Positions 1 to 9,690 are shown, counted from the first letter of the stretch. The stretch: DNA of 64,000 bases from Actinomycetota bacterium (GCA_040511595.1 JBEVGU010000038.1:23903-87902), one strand, 5' to 3'. Numbers and translations: made by a program. The notes: a model not told the origin generated them from the sequence alone.

Positions 1-1
1 G

Positions 2-1018
2 ACGCAGCTGCTGCACTACTCCGCGTCGGACTTCTACCTGCCCATGTACTCCGACGTGTGCGAGCAGCTCGACGCGATGGCGCCGTTCGGGGGCGTCAGG
101 GCCCGTTCGTTCCTGACGAACTCGGGCACCGAGTCGGTGGAGGCGGCGATCAAGCTCGCGCGCTACGCGACCGGGCGCCAGTACCTGATCGGCTTCTATC
201 GGTCGTTCCACGGGCGCTCGATGGGGTCGGTCTCGCTCACCGCGTCGAAGGCGAAGTACCGCACTCGATTCGGCCCCATGATGCCGAGCGTGTACCACTC
301 GTTCTACGGGGACTTCGACTACCTCGAGCAGGTGCTCTTCACGCGCATGGTCTCGCCGACCGAGGTTGCGGCGATCGTCGTGGAATCGTGGCTCGGCGAG
401 GGCGGGTACGAGCTTCCGCCAGAGGGCTGGTTCACGCACCTGCGAGAGCTCTGCGACCGCCACGGCATCCTGCTCGTCTGCGACGAAGTGCAGTCGGGCA
501 TGGGCCGCAGCGGCACGTTGTGGGCGATCGAGCAGGAAGGCGTCGCGCCCGACATCGTCACGGCGGGCAAGGGCATCGCGAGCGGCTTGCCGCTCGGGGC
601 GATGATCGCCCGCGACGACCTCATGACCTGGGAGCTCGGGGCGCACGGCTCCACATACGGTGGCTCGCCGATCTCCTGCGCCGCTGCGCTCGCGACCTTC
701 GACGTGCTCGAGCGCGAAGACCTGCTCGGGAACGCTCGCTCGGTGGGCGAGGTGCTCCTCGAGGGGCTGCGAGGCATCGCCGACCGGCACCCGATGATCA
801 CCGAGGTGCGCGGCCGGGCCCTGTGGATCGGGCTCTCCTTCGCCGACCACGCCCAGGCCACCGCCGTCGAGCACGCGTCGTTCCGGCGCGGGCTGCTCGT
901 GCTCGGCTGCGGCGACGACGCGATCCGCATCTCGCCGCCGCTGGTGCTCCGAGACGACCAGGCGCGCGCCGCGCTCGAGATCTTCGAGGAAGCGGTCGCC
1001 GAGGCCGAGGGTCCGTAG
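2..1018 (+). CDS. class-III (PLP-dependent) aminotransferase, 5' end outside window
   Basis: Reading frame is open from position 2. Contains the motifs LVCDEVQSGMGRSG and DIVTAGKGIASG typical of GabT/ArgD-type aminotransferases. Confidence 0.85.
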   Translation, partial: TQLLHYSASDFYLPMYSDVCEQLDAMAPFGGVRARSFLTNSGTESVEAAIKLARYATGRQYLIGFYRSFHGRSMGSVSLTASKAKYRTRFGPMMPSVYHSFYGDFDYLEQVLFTRMVSPTEVAAIVVESWLGEGGYELPPEGWFTHLRELCDRHGILLVCDEVQSGMGRSGTLWAIEQEGVAPDIVTAGKGIASGLPLGAMIARDDLMTWELGAHGSTYGGSPISCAAALATFDVLEREDLLGNARSVGEVLLEGLRGIADRHPMITEVRGRALWIGLSFADHAQATAVEHASFRRGLLVLGCGDDAIRISPPLVLRDDQARAALEIFEEAVAEAEGP

Positions 1019-1075
1019 GCCGGGCGTGACCTCGCTCGACGACCACGTGCGCGTCCACGACCCGACAGCGGCGCG

Positions 1076-1993
1076 ATGAGCAAGGTCTCGACGATGCAGG
1101 ATGCCGTGGGCGAACTCGTGCACGACGGCGACACCGTGGCGATCGAGGGCTTCACGCACCTGATCTGCTTCGCGGCCGGGCACGAGATCATCCGCCAGCG
1201 CCGGCGAGACCTGACGCTCGCCCGCATGACGCCCGACGTCGTGTACGACCAGATGATCGGCGCCGGCGTGGCGTCGAAGCTGATCTTCAGCTGGATGGGG
1301 AACCCCGGCGTCGGCAACCTGCACGCCGTGCGCCGGCGCATCGAGAACGCCGACCCCCAGCCGCTCGAGATCGAGGAGTACTCGCACTTCGGCATGGTCT
1401 GCCGGTACATGGCGGGTGCGGCCAACCTTCCCTTCTTCCCGATCAGGAGCTACTACGAGAGCGACATCCCGAAGGTGAACCCGAACATCGTGTCGATGGC
1501 CTCGCCCTACGACGCGGGCGACGAGGTCTACGTCGTGCCGCCGCTCAGGCCCGACGTGGCGGTCGTGCACGCTCAGCGGGCCGATGCCTCGGGCGACACG
1601 CAGATCTGGGGGCTGATGGGCTGTCAGAAGGAGGTGGCGTTCGCCGCCCGGTCGGTGATCGTGGTCGTCGAGGAGGTCGTCGACGAGTCAGTGATCCGGC
1701 GCGATCCGAACCGCACCGCGATCCCGGGCGCCGTGGTCGACGCGGTGGTCGAGGAGCCGTTCGCCTGCCACCCGTCGTTCGCGCAGGGGTACTACGACCG
1801 GGACAACCGCTTCTACCTCGAGTGGGATCGCATCGCCAAGGAGCAGGAGACGCTCGACGCCTGGCTCGACGAGTGGGTCTACGGCCTCTCGAACCATCGC
1901 GACTACATCCAGAAGTACGGCGACGCACACTGGGACGCCCTGCGCCCGGAGCCCGCGCTCTCCGGTGAGGTCGACTACGGGAGGTACGCGTGA
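1076..1993 (+). CDS. CoA-transferase subunit A (3-oxoacid/glutaconate CoA-transferase family)
   Basis: The N-terminus (MSKVSTMQDAVGELVHDGDTVAIEGF) and the SWMGNPGVG motif match CoA-transferase family I alpha subunits. Confidence 0.8.
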   Translation: MSKVSTMQDAVGELVHDGDTVAIEGFTHLICFAAGHEIIRQRRRDLTLARMTPDVVYDQMIGAGVASKLIFSWMGNPGVGNLHAVRRRIENADPQPLEIEEYSHFGMVCRYMAGAANLPFFPIRSYYESDIPKVNPNIVSMASPYDAGDEVYVVPPLRPDVAVVHAQRADASGDTQIWGLMGCQKEVAFAARSVIVVVEEVVDESVIRRDPNRTAIPGAVVDAVVEEPFACHPSFAQGYYDRDNRFYLEWDRIAKEQETLDAWLDEWVYGLSNHRDYIQKYGDAHWDALRPEPALSGEVDYGRYA

Positions 1994-2772
1994 GCGGGAC
2001 CGGCACCGACCCGGGCTACTCGAAGTCGGAGCTGATGATCGCGGCGAGCGCTCGACAGCTCACCGGCGTCGGCAACTGCTTCGTCGGGGTCGGGCTTCCC
2101 AATATCGTCTGCAACCTGGCCCAGCGCACCGTGTCCCCCTCGCTCCAGCTCGTGTACGAATCGGGGGTGTTCGGCGCGCGGCCCGAGCGGCTTCCACTCT
2201 CGATCGGCGATCCCACGCTCGCCACGGGCTCGACCGCCGTCACGAGCATGTTCGAGCTGTTCGCGTTCTACCTGCAGGCGGGACTGATCGACGTGGCCTT
2301 CCTCGGCGGGGCCCAGATCGATCGGTTCGGGAACCTCAACACGACCGTGATCGGTGACTACCGTCATCCGAAGGTGCGCCTCCCGGGGTCGGGGGGCGCG
2401 TGCGAGATCGCGATCCACGCCCGGCAGATCCTGGTGATCATGCGGCAGGCCCAGCGGTCGTTCGTCGATCGTCTCGATTTCAGGACGTCGCCGGGGCACT
2501 CGGGCGACCCGGAACGCGACGAGGCTCGCGGTTGGCACGGGAGCGGTCCGACGAGCGTCGTCACCGACCTCGCGACCTACACGTTCGACGAAGCCACCGG
2601 GGAGATGGTGCTGCGGACCACGCACCCCGGAGTCACGCTCGACGACGTGCGGGCGAACATGGGCTGGGAGCCTGCGATCACCGAGGACCTCGGCGAGACG
2701 TCCGCGCCGACCGACGAGGAGCTCCGGCTGATCCGGGAGGAGCTCGACCCGGGCGGGGTCTACACGAAGTGA
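1990..2772 (+). CDS. CoA-transferase subunit B
   Basis: GTG start overlaps the stop of subunit A (GTGA). Sequence shows beta-subunit family similarity (GVGLPNIV, GGAQIDRFGNLN). Confidence 0.8.
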   Translation: MSGTGTDPGYSKSELMIAASARQLTGVGNCFVGVGLPNIVCNLAQRTVSPSLQLVYESGVFGARPERLPLSIGDPTLATGSTAVTSMFELFAFYLQAGLIDVAFLGGAQIDRFGNLNTTVIGDYRHPKVRLPGSGGACEIAIHARQILVIMRQAQRSFVDRLDFRTSPGHSGDPERDEARGWHGSGPTSVVTDLATYTFDEATGEMVLRTTHPGVTLDDVRANMGWEPAITEDLGETSAPTDEELRLIREELDPGGVYTK

Positions 2773-4151
2773 CCGAGGCGAGCCAACGGAAACGAGCGGC
2801 CTCCAGAGCCGGGCACGGCGGGGCCGACGGGCTCGGATCGGCGAGCCGGGTCTTCCCCCGCGTGTTCGACCGGGAGCTGCCCGTCGCCGTGTCGTCCGAC
2901 GGCGCCTGGATCGCGACGTCGGATGGGCGAAGGTTCCTCGATGCGGCCGGGGGCGCGATCGTGGTGAACGTGGGCCACGGAGAACGGGTCGTCATCGAGG
3001 CGATCGGTGAGCAGCTCGCCCGCACCCAGTACGTGCACGGCACGATGTTCACGACCGAGTCGGTCGAGGACTACGCGGCGGAGGTGGCCCCGTTGCTGCC
3101 CATGGATGACGCCCGCATCTACCCCGTGTCGGGGGGCAGCGAGGCGGTCGAGACCGCGTTAAAGCTCGCGCGGGCCTACCACCTGGCTCGCGGGCAGCCC
3201 TCGCGATTCGTCGTGATCGGGCGCCGCGGCAGCTACCACGGCAACACCATCGGCGCGCTCGATGCGAGCGGCAAGGAGCCCCTGCGCAAACCGTACACCC
3301 CGTGGCTCGGCCGGTTCCTGCACGGGCCGCCGGCCTATGGATACCGCTGTGAGAACCCGCATCATCCGAAGGCGTGCGGCGCGTGGCACGCCGCCGAACT
3401 CGAGCGCATGATCTCCCAGTCTCCGCCGAACTCGGTCGCGGCGTTCATCGCGGAGCCCGTCGCCGGGGCCACGCTCGGCGCCGCGGTGCCCTGCGACGAC
3501 TACTGGTCCTCGGTCGTCGAGGTCTGCCGGCGACACGGGGTCATCGTGATCGCCGACGAGGTGATGACCGGCATGGGCCGCACCGGCCGGTGGTTCGGCG
3601 TCGACCATTGGGGGGTGCGGCCCGACATCATCACCGCGGGCAAGGGGACCACGAGCGGATACGTGCCGTTCGGCTTCGCCGCCGCGAGCGGTGAGGTGTT
3701 CGAAACGGTCGCGACCGTGGGGTTCGTGCACGGATTCACGTGGTCGCACAACGCGCTCGGGGCGGCCGCGGCAGGCGCGGTGCTCCGCCTCCTGCGTGAT
3801 CGAGACCTCGTCGCGAGGTCGGCGTCGGTGGGGGAGCACCTCCTGGCCGACCTCGGCGCCGCGCTGGCCGACGTGCCGATCGTCGGCGAGGTGCGGGGCC
3901 TGGGCACGCTGATCGGCATCGAGCTCGTGCGCGACCGAGAGACGAAGGAGCCGTTCGCTCGCGCCGATCGGGTGACCGAGCGCGTGGTCGGCGCGGCGCG
4001 CGACGACGGGCTGCTGCTCTACTCCTCGACCGGCCACGTCGACGGACACGACGGGGACTTGCTCGTGCTGGGCCCACCGTTCGTGCTCTCCGACGACGAC
4101 ATCACCACGGTCGTCCAGGGCACCGCCGCGGCGATCCATTCGGTCTCGTGA
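2769..4151 (+). CDS. class-III aminotransferase (omega-aminotransferase-like)
   Basis: GTG start overlaps the CoA-transferase B stop. Contains the motifs IADEVMTGMGRTG and DIITAGKGTTSGY. The listed 583-aa ORF from 2400 is an upstream over-extension of this frame. Confidence 0.85.
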   Translation: MTEASQRKRAASRAGHGGADGLGSASRVFPRVFDRELPVAVSSDGAWIATSDGRRFLDAAGGAIVVNVGHGERVVIEAIGEQLARTQYVHGTMFTTESVEDYAAEVAPLLPMDDARIYPVSGGSEAVETALKLARAYHLARGQPSRFVVIGRRGSYHGNTIGALDASGKEPLRKPYTPWLGRFLHGPPAYGYRCENPHHPKACGAWHAAELERMISQSPPNSVAAFIAEPVAGATLGAAVPCDDYWSSVVEVCRRHGVIVIADEVMTGMGRTGRWFGVDHWGVRPDIITAGKGTTSGYVPFGFAAASGEVFETVATVGFVHGFTWSHNALGAAAAGAVLRLLRDRDLVARSASVGEHLLADLGAALADVPIVGEVRGLGTLIGIELVRDRETKEPFARADRVTERVVGAARDDGLLLYSSTGHVDGHDGDLLVLGPPFVLSDDDITTVVQGTAAAIHSVS

Positions 4152-5335
4152 GCGGCTCGGTCGCGCTCGTCGTGGTGCCCGAGGCGGCGGGGTACGACCA
4201 CGGCCCGGGGCACCCGCTTCGCCCCCAGCGGGTCGCGCTCACGTGGGATCTGATCGCCGAGTACGGGCTGGACCGTGCGTCCGGCGTGACCCGGATCGGC
4301 GCCACCGCGGCAGACGACGAGACCCTTCGGCGGGTGCACACCCAGGAGTTCATCGAAGCGACCCGTGACGCCGGGCACGGGGTCGCGGGCGCTTGGGGCC
4401 GGTTCGGCTATGGGCCGGGCGACAACCCGATCTTCGACCAGATGCACGAGGCCGGAGCCCTGGTGGCGGGGGCCAGCGTGGCCGCGGCCCGGGCGGTGCT
4501 GGCTGGAGAGGCGGCGCACGCCTTCAACGCCCCCGGCGGCCTGCATCACGCGATGCCGTCGCGCGCGTCGGGGTTCTGCGTCTACGACGACCCCGCCGTC
4601 GCGATCGCGTGGATGCTCGCGCAGGGGGTCGAGCGTGTCGCTTACGTCGACGTCGACGTGCATCACGGCGACGGTGTGCAGGCGATCTTCTGGGACGAGC
4701 CGAGGGTGCTCACGATCTCGATCCACGAATACGCCCCGCAGCTCGGGTTCTTTCCCGGCACAGGCGGGCTCTCCGAACGCGGTGGTCCGGACGCATGGGG
4801 GTCCGCGGTGAACCTCCCCCTGGCCCCCGGCACCGGCGACCAGGGGTGGCTCGAGGCGTTCCTGGCCGCCGTGCCGCCGCTCGTGCGCGCCTTCAGCCCC
4901 GACGTGCTCGTTACCCAGCTCGGGTGCGACACCCACGCGACCGACCCACTCGCCCATCTGGGACTGACGACACGCGCCTACAGGGAGGCGGCGTCAGTGC
5001 TGCACGAGCTCGCCCACGAGACGGCGGGGGGGCGATGGGTCGCGACCGGTGGAGGCGGCTATCAGTGGGCCCGGGTCGTTCCGCGCGCGTGGACCCTGTA
5101 CTTCGCCGAGATGGCCGGGGCCGCGGCCACGCTACCCGACGAGCTGCCCCAGGCGTGGATCGAGCGCGCCGAGTTCGCTCAGCACGGCGAGGTCCCGGCC
5201 ACGATGTCGGAGCCGGCCGCGCATCGCAGTCCCGCCGACGAGGAGGCCGCAGACGTAGCGCTCGCGGCGCTATCGGCCGCCGGCATCGAGCCTCCCGACG
5301 CCGGCTCGCCCTCCCGAGATGGGTCGGCTCCATGA
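4148..5335 (+). CDS. histone-deacetylase-family protein (AcuC / acetylpolyamine amidohydrolase-like)
   Basis: GTGA overlap with the upstream gene. Contains arginase/deacetylase-fold motifs including HHGDGVQAIF and an Asp/His metal-ligand pattern. Confidence 0.8.
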   Translation: MSGSVALVVVPEAAGYDHGPGHPLRPQRVALTWDLIAEYGLDRASGVTRIGATAADDETLRRVHTQEFIEATRDAGHGVAGAWGRFGYGPGDNPIFDQMHEAGALVAGASVAAARAVLAGEAAHAFNAPGGLHHAMPSRASGFCVYDDPAVAIAWMLAQGVERVAYVDVDVHHGDGVQAIFWDEPRVLTISIHEYAPQLGFFPGTGGLSERGGPDAWGSAVNLPLAPGTGDQGWLEAFLAAVPPLVRAFSPDVLVTQLGCDTHATDPLAHLGLTTRAYREAASVLHELAHETAGGRWVATGGGGYQWARVVPRAWTLYFAEMAGAAATLPDELPQAWIERAEFAQHGEVPATMSEPAAHRSPADEEAADVALAALSAAGIEPPDAGSPSRDGSAP

Positions 5336-5674
5336 GCGCCACCGACACCACGGGTGCGACGGGCGCTTCGGGTCCGACTCCAGCGTCGCTCGCTGTACTT
5401 GGGGGGTGGTGCCCCTGAGCGCCGAGCACCCCTCCGACACCGATGCGACGGTGGGCCTGATGGACCGAGGGCTGCTCGGGCATGGCCTCGCCGAGCACGG
5501 CTCGCTGGTCGTGATGGCGGCCTCGTCGCCCGCGGGGCGAACGACGACGAACATGTTGAAGCTGCACGTGGTCGGCTCCCCGGTTCGCTGATCGTGGGGG
5601 CCGCTCGACCGACGCCTGGATCATGTGTACGCTCGGATCGTCGTCGCTCGAGATCCGTGAGAAAGAACGCTGAA

Positions 5675-5854
5675 GTGCCACCACGCACTCCTGCCGACTA
5701 CCCGGGCCGACCGGGGCCTACGTCGGTGCCGAACGAAACCGACTTCATGGACCTCGACGAGAAGGTGGCGCGTCGGGACGCGCTCCGGAAGGCCCGTGCG
5801 CGAGACGACGCCGTGCCGTGGTACCGGCGCCTCTTCCGAAGAAGGAAGTCCTAG
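5675..5854 (+). CDS. small basic hypothetical protein (about 59 aa from GTG; alternative ATG at 5747)
   Basis: ORF with the purine-rich stretch gaaagaacgctgaa upstream. The C-terminus RRLFRRRKS is highly basic. No family recognised. Confidence 0.2.
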   Translation: MPPRTPADYPGRPGPTSVPNETDFMDLDEKVARRDALRKARARDDAVPWYRRLFRRRKS

Positions 5855-6360
5855 CCCTCTTCGTCCGAGGCCTCGAGCTCGTCGTCGAGCGCCTGTATCA
5901 CCCAGCCCTGGAGCCACGTGAGGTAGCCGTAGAGGGCGAACATCTCGCTCTGCTCCTCGTCGCCATGGAAGTCTCGCTCCGTCGACTCCTCGGTCACGCC
6001 GAGCCGCGTGCCGACGACGAGCCGGATCGAGTTCAGCGAGCCGAGCCACGCGAGCAGCTCGTCATCGGAGAGCTCGTGGCGATCGATCGTGCGCTCCACC
6101 ACCTCGAGCGCCTCCAGCTTGCCCAGCAGGAGCTCGTTCCCGTGCTGCTGCTCCCACTCCAGGTTGCCGAGGACGTCGTCTTCCGGCAGCGCCGGAGGGA
6201 ACAGGCGCACCATCGCCGGATCGCTCGAAGGGCTCTCCGACGTGAGCAGCTGCCGCAGTTGCCCGCAGAACGTACGGACCGCGTCGCGCTCTTGCGCGGA
6301 CAGCCGAACCCCGAACCGCCGAGGGCCGATCCGCCGTACCGGTCCCCTGCGCAGCCGCAC
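5851..6360 (-). CDS. DUF2017-domain protein (ClpS partner)
   Basis: Acidic protein immediately downstream of clpS, as in actinobacteria. Its start abuts the ClpS stop. Confidence 0.7.
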   Translation of the reverse strand: MRLRRGPVRRIGPRRFGVRLSAQERDAVRTFCGQLRQLLTSESPSSDPAMVRLFPPALPEDDVLGNLEWEQQHGNELLLGKLEALEVVERTIDRHELSDDELLAWLGSLNSIRLVVGTRLGVTEESTERDFHGDEEQSEMFALYGYLTWLQGWVIQALDDELEASDEEG

Positions 6361-6660
6361 CTAGCGGTCCTTCTGCATCGTCGCCCACAGGCCGTAGGCG
6401 TGCAGGCGCGCAACGTCGCGCTCGGCCTCGTCACGGGTGCCGTTCGACACCACGGCCCTGCCCTTCGTGTGCACGTCCCACATCAGCTTCTCCGCTTTCG
6501 CTCGCGGGTATCCGAACAGCTTCTGGAAGACCCAGGTCACGTAGGACATCAGGTTGATCGGGTCGTTCCAGACGATGACGATCCACGGCACGTCCTCTTC
6601 GACGTGCTCGACCGTCTCCGGACGGCCGATCTCGACGGGGGCGGTGCTCATGGTCGTCAT
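6361..6660 (-). CDS. clpS: ATP-dependent Clp protease adaptor ClpS
   Basis: Contains PWIVIVWNDPINLMSYVTWVFQKLFGY and HTKGRAVV. The ATG overlaps the SDR stop (ATGA). Confidence 0.85.
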   Translation of the reverse strand: MTTMSTAPVEIGRPETVEHVEEDVPWIVIVWNDPINLMSYVTWVFQKLFGYPRAKAEKLMWDVHTKGRAVVSNGTRDEAERDVARLHAYGLWATMQKDR

Positions 6661-7478
6661 CGGTTCGCCCGTGTCGCCCTGACCCCGGTTCGGCGGGCCT
6701 GGCGCACTCCCCAACGGTACAGCGGCGGCGTGAGCACGCGGAAGGCCTGGAACGGCGCGACCCAGCGGGGCACGGAGTACTCGGGGGCGATCCCCTCGCG
6801 CACGACGTTCACGATCGCGCCGGCCACGCGGGCGGCGGACATCACCGCCCACGATGGAAGCCCGTCCTGCGGGAACCCCTCGGTCGCGGCGAGGCCGGGG
6901 TTCACGGCGGTCACGTGCACCCCGCGGGCCTCGGCGTCGTAGTTCGCCGATTCGCTCGCCGCCACGACGGCATGCTTCGTGGCGGCGTACAGGCCTGTTC
7001 CGGGCGTGGCGAACCGTCCGGCGAGCGAGGCGACATTCACGACGTGACCGTGGCCGCGCCGGAGCATCTCAGGGAGGAACGCCCGCATGCCGTAGAGCAC
7101 GCCGAGCAGGTTCACGTCGACGACCGCTCGGATCTGGTCATAGCTGAGATCCTCGATCGCCCCGCCGCCCGGCACGCCGGCGTTGTTCACGAGCACGTCG
7201 GCGGGGCGTCCGTACACCTCGCGCACCAGAGTCGGCAGGCTGTCGACTTCGCGAGGCCGGGTCACGTCGACTCGCAGGGCGAGCGCCGACCCTCCCGCTC
7301 GCTCGATGCGATCGGCGAGCGCTTCCAGTCGGTCGAGGCGTCGCGCCGCGAGCACGACGCGGGCGCCGCGTTCGGCGAAGGCGACCGCGGTGGCCTCGCC
7401 GATGCCGGAGGAGGCGCCCGTGACGACGACGATCGCGTCCTTCAGGTCCACGCGTTCCCTCGGCGGTCGGCCATCCAT
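6657..7478 (-). CDS. short-chain dehydrogenase/reductase (SDR)
   Basis: TGASSGIG Rossmann motif and the YAATK catalytic motif are present. Confidence 0.85.
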   Translation of the reverse strand: MDGRPPRERVDLKDAIVVVTGASSGIGEATAVAFAERGARVVLAARRLDRLEALADRIERAGGSALALRVDVTRPREVDSLPTLVREVYGRPADVLVNNAGVPGGGAIEDLSYDQIRAVVDVNLLGVLYGMRAFLPEMLRRGHGHVVNVASLAGRFATPGTGLYAATKHAVVAASESANYDAEARGVHVTAVNPGLAATEGFPQDGLPSWAVMSAARVAGAIVNVVREGIAPEYSVPRWVAPFQAFRVLTPPLYRWGVRQARRTGVRATRANR

Positions 7479-7589
7479 GGACGTTATCGAAGCTGAGCGC
7501 TGCTGCCCGCATCGACGCAGGTCAGGTGGGGTGTGCACCTGCTCGCGCACCAGCTCAGTCGTTGGAAGTCGTTTGGCAAGGTAGGCAAG

Positions 7590-8075
7590 TAGGGGCCGGG
7601 ATGGGTGGGCTAGCAACTAGAGGAGGGAGGACGTCCCGCCTGCCCATGCCTCCATGCATCAAGGATTAGTCGTACAGCCACCGATGATGTCGACGACGGG
7701 CCGATGCCATTACCCCCTAAGTCCGACACGCCGGACCCTGGCCTAGGCCACGTCAGAGCGACGCCATCCCGCCAGGAGCGCGGTGACCCCCGGGGGGGTC
7801 TCTCCCGTCGCGGGGCGCCCGATACGGGGAGTTGGAAGGCCGGGGGCCTCCACGTTCGACGCTGCGTCCAGATCCGGACCACTGGGGTCCTTCGTGGTCC
7901 GCCCCCGATCAAGAGCTTGCGTCGTACCCAAGGCTAACGCAGGGCCAGGGCGGCGATAGGGTCCGGGTGCCTAGCCCAACTGAGTTAGGACGGCTGACCA
8001 CGCGTGCGAGAGAACGCCGAGATCCGGTCTGGGGGATAATCGGAGCAGGACGTACGTCGAGTGCCCGCAGGGAGG
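7590..8075. other. ~500-bp non-coding low-GC stretch; candidate structured RNA of unknown class
   Basis: No credible ORF in any frame. GC content is visibly lower than in flanking coding DNA. Multiple short GC hairpins and a CCCCCGGGGGGG palindrome are present. A 5' tmRNA-like GGGGG(N8)TTCGAC motif occurs at ~7836, but there is no T-arm. Confidence 0.2.
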
Positions 8076-8083
8076 CCTGATCC

Positions 8084-8452
8084 ATGCTTGATCAGTTCGC
8101 GACTCATGCCACCTTGGCAGTCTCGGACATCGAACGGGCGAAGACCTGGTACGCGGAGAAACTGGGACTGACTCCCGCGAGCGAGGATCCCGGTGGCGTC
8201 CGCTACGAGAGCGGCGGAAGCGCCTTCACGCTCTTCCCGACGCCTTATGCCGGCACCGCGAAGAACACGGTGATGGAGTGGACCGTCGATGACGTCGAGA
8301 AGGAGGTCACCGAGCTGAAGGGTCGCGGGGTCAGCTTCGACACCTTCGAGATGGACGGAATCGAGTGGAGCGGGGACATCGCCACGATGGGTGAGAGCAA
8401 GGCTGCGTGGTTTAAGGACAGCGAAGGCAACATCCTCGCGATCACACACTAG
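8084..8452 (+). CDS. glyoxalase/bleomycin-resistance (VOC) family protein
   Basis: VOC fold similarity. Low GC relative to surrounding genes. Confidence 0.75.
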   Translation: MLDQFATHATLAVSDIERAKTWYAEKLGLTPASEDPGGVRYESGGSAFTLFPTPYAGTAKNTVMEWTVDDVEKEVTELKGRGVSFDTFEMDGIEWSGDIATMGESKAAWFKDSEGNILAITH

Positions 8453-8514
8453 CGGGCGTCCACCGGAGTCCACTTGATGTGAGCCCGGGGCGTCAGCTGT
8501 AACGTCACGTCCCG

Positions 8515-9360
8515 ATGCCGGCGCCTGAACCGACCATCGACGTCATCGGACGCCACGTCCGGCGCCTGCCCTCGCTCGACGATCGCTGGCTGCCACGCCC
8601 GCTCCCGCGGGCCGCGCTCGAGGCCGCTCTGCTCGAGGGAGAGGTCGCCGGCACGGCCACGCATCCCCTCGACAACGTTCGTGCGAACGCGCTGATGCTG
8701 ATCGACGGCGACCCGGACAAGCTGTTCGGGCTCTCGGGCATGCCGGGCGCGTTCGACCTCGACGCGATCCTCGACCTCGTCGCGGCCGAGGCCAGGGCGC
8801 CGATCGACCACGAGGACCGCTTCGGTCCCGTGCACGTCGACCCCAGGCCGATCGTGGATGCATGCGAGGCCGCGGGCGACCGGCTCGCTCGGTCGGCGAG
8901 CCGCGGCGAGACGGTCGTGCTCGCGACCGGGCATCCCGTCGGCCTGGCGCTGCTCTACCGCGCGATCGATCGGCTGCTCGCCGAGCGGGGGACGAGGGTC
9001 GCGCGGGCGGCGCACGGCGAGCGGTGGCGATCATCCGGCCTGACCCACGATTGGATCGTCGATCATTGGGGCGGGGTCGGCATGCTCACCGACGGACGGG
9101 AACCGCGCCACACCCACCGGCCCGAGGCGATGGAGCGCATGCTCGCCGACGTACGTCCCGACCTCGTCGTCGCCGACCACGGGTTCGCGGGCGCGGCGAT
9201 CGAGGCCGGCGTCGAGACGATCTCGATCGCCGACGTGAACGATCCCGCCTTGATCGTGGCCAAGGCCCAGGGTCGCACCGAGATCGTCGTCGTGATGGAC
9301 GACCACGTGGAGCCCGACGCCTATTGGCCGTGCTACCAGGCGATCGCCTCGCGGTTCTGA
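8515..9360 (+). CDS. conserved hypothetical protein
   Basis: Codon usage is typical of coding DNA in this window. No recognisable family motif. Confidence 0.5.
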   Translation: MPAPEPTIDVIGRHVRRLPSLDDRWLPRPLPRAALEAALLEGEVAGTATHPLDNVRANALMLIDGDPDKLFGLSGMPGAFDLDAILDLVAAEARAPIDHEDRFGPVHVDPRPIVDACEAAGDRLARSASRGETVVLATGHPVGLALLYRAIDRLLAERGTRVARAAHGERWRSSGLTHDWIVDHWGGVGMLTDGREPRHTHRPEAMERMLADVRPDLVVADHGFAGAAIEAGVETISIADVNDPALIVAKAQGRTEIVVVMDDHVEPDAYWPCYQAIASRF

Positions 9361-9413
9361 GGCCCCGGGCGGAGCAGTGAACCGGGGCTATCCAGGGAGC
9401 AGCCCGAGCGCCT

Positions 9414-9626
9414 ATGATGCCGCCCATCGTGGAGAGAGAACCCTTCACCGAGGCTCGGCTGAAGACCGTCAGCGAGGTCGCGGACCTCTTGCGTGTATCC
9501 AGGATGACCGTCTACCGCATGATCAAGACCGGAGAGATGCCCGCCGTCCGGGTGGGCCGGAGCTATCGGCTCCGTGAGGAAGACGTCCACAGCTACCTGA
9601 TGGAGCGGTATACCGAGGCCGGCTGA
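9414..9626 (+). CDS. helix-turn-helix DNA-binding protein, excisionase/MerR-like family (Rv0500A-like)
   Basis: Contains LRVSRMTVYRMIKTGEMPAVRVGRSYRL, a classic excisionase-family HTH. Confidence 0.75.
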   Translation: MMPPIVEREPFTEARLKTVSEVADLLRVSRMTVYRMIKTGEMPAVRVGRSYRLREEDVHSYLMERYTEAG

Positions 9627-9690
9627 GGCCGGTCACCCGTTCCGACGCAGACGCGTCCAAGCCGACCTCCGTGGGAACGGAGCGGGCGCA

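Noticed and set aside
2400-4151. 583-aa ORF as a single long protein
   Set aside because: The N-terminal 120 aa are Arg/Pro/Gly-rich read-through in the frame overlapping CoA-transferase B. The real aminotransferase starts at the GTG at 2769, coupled to the upstream stop.
7836-8075. tmRNA (ssrA) gene suggested by the GGGGGCCTCCACG-TTCGAC 5' motif and a CAAGAG...GCGTCGT stretch
   Set aside because: No T-arm (GGTTCGANTCC) or CCA-adjacent acceptor strand was found downstream, or upstream as in a permuted gene. No tag-peptide reading frame ending in ...AA-stop was found. I therefore list it only as an unclassified non-coding region.
7590-8075. RNase P RNA, SRP RNA, or a tRNA (the minus strand has a CTCAGTTGGG D-loop-like motif)
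   Set aside because: The conserved P4 (AGGAAAGUCCGGGC / ACAGAACCCGGCUUA) and SRP domain IV (GGUCCGGAAGGAAGCAGC) motifs are absent. Acceptor, anticodon and T-arms could not be built around the D-loop-like motif.
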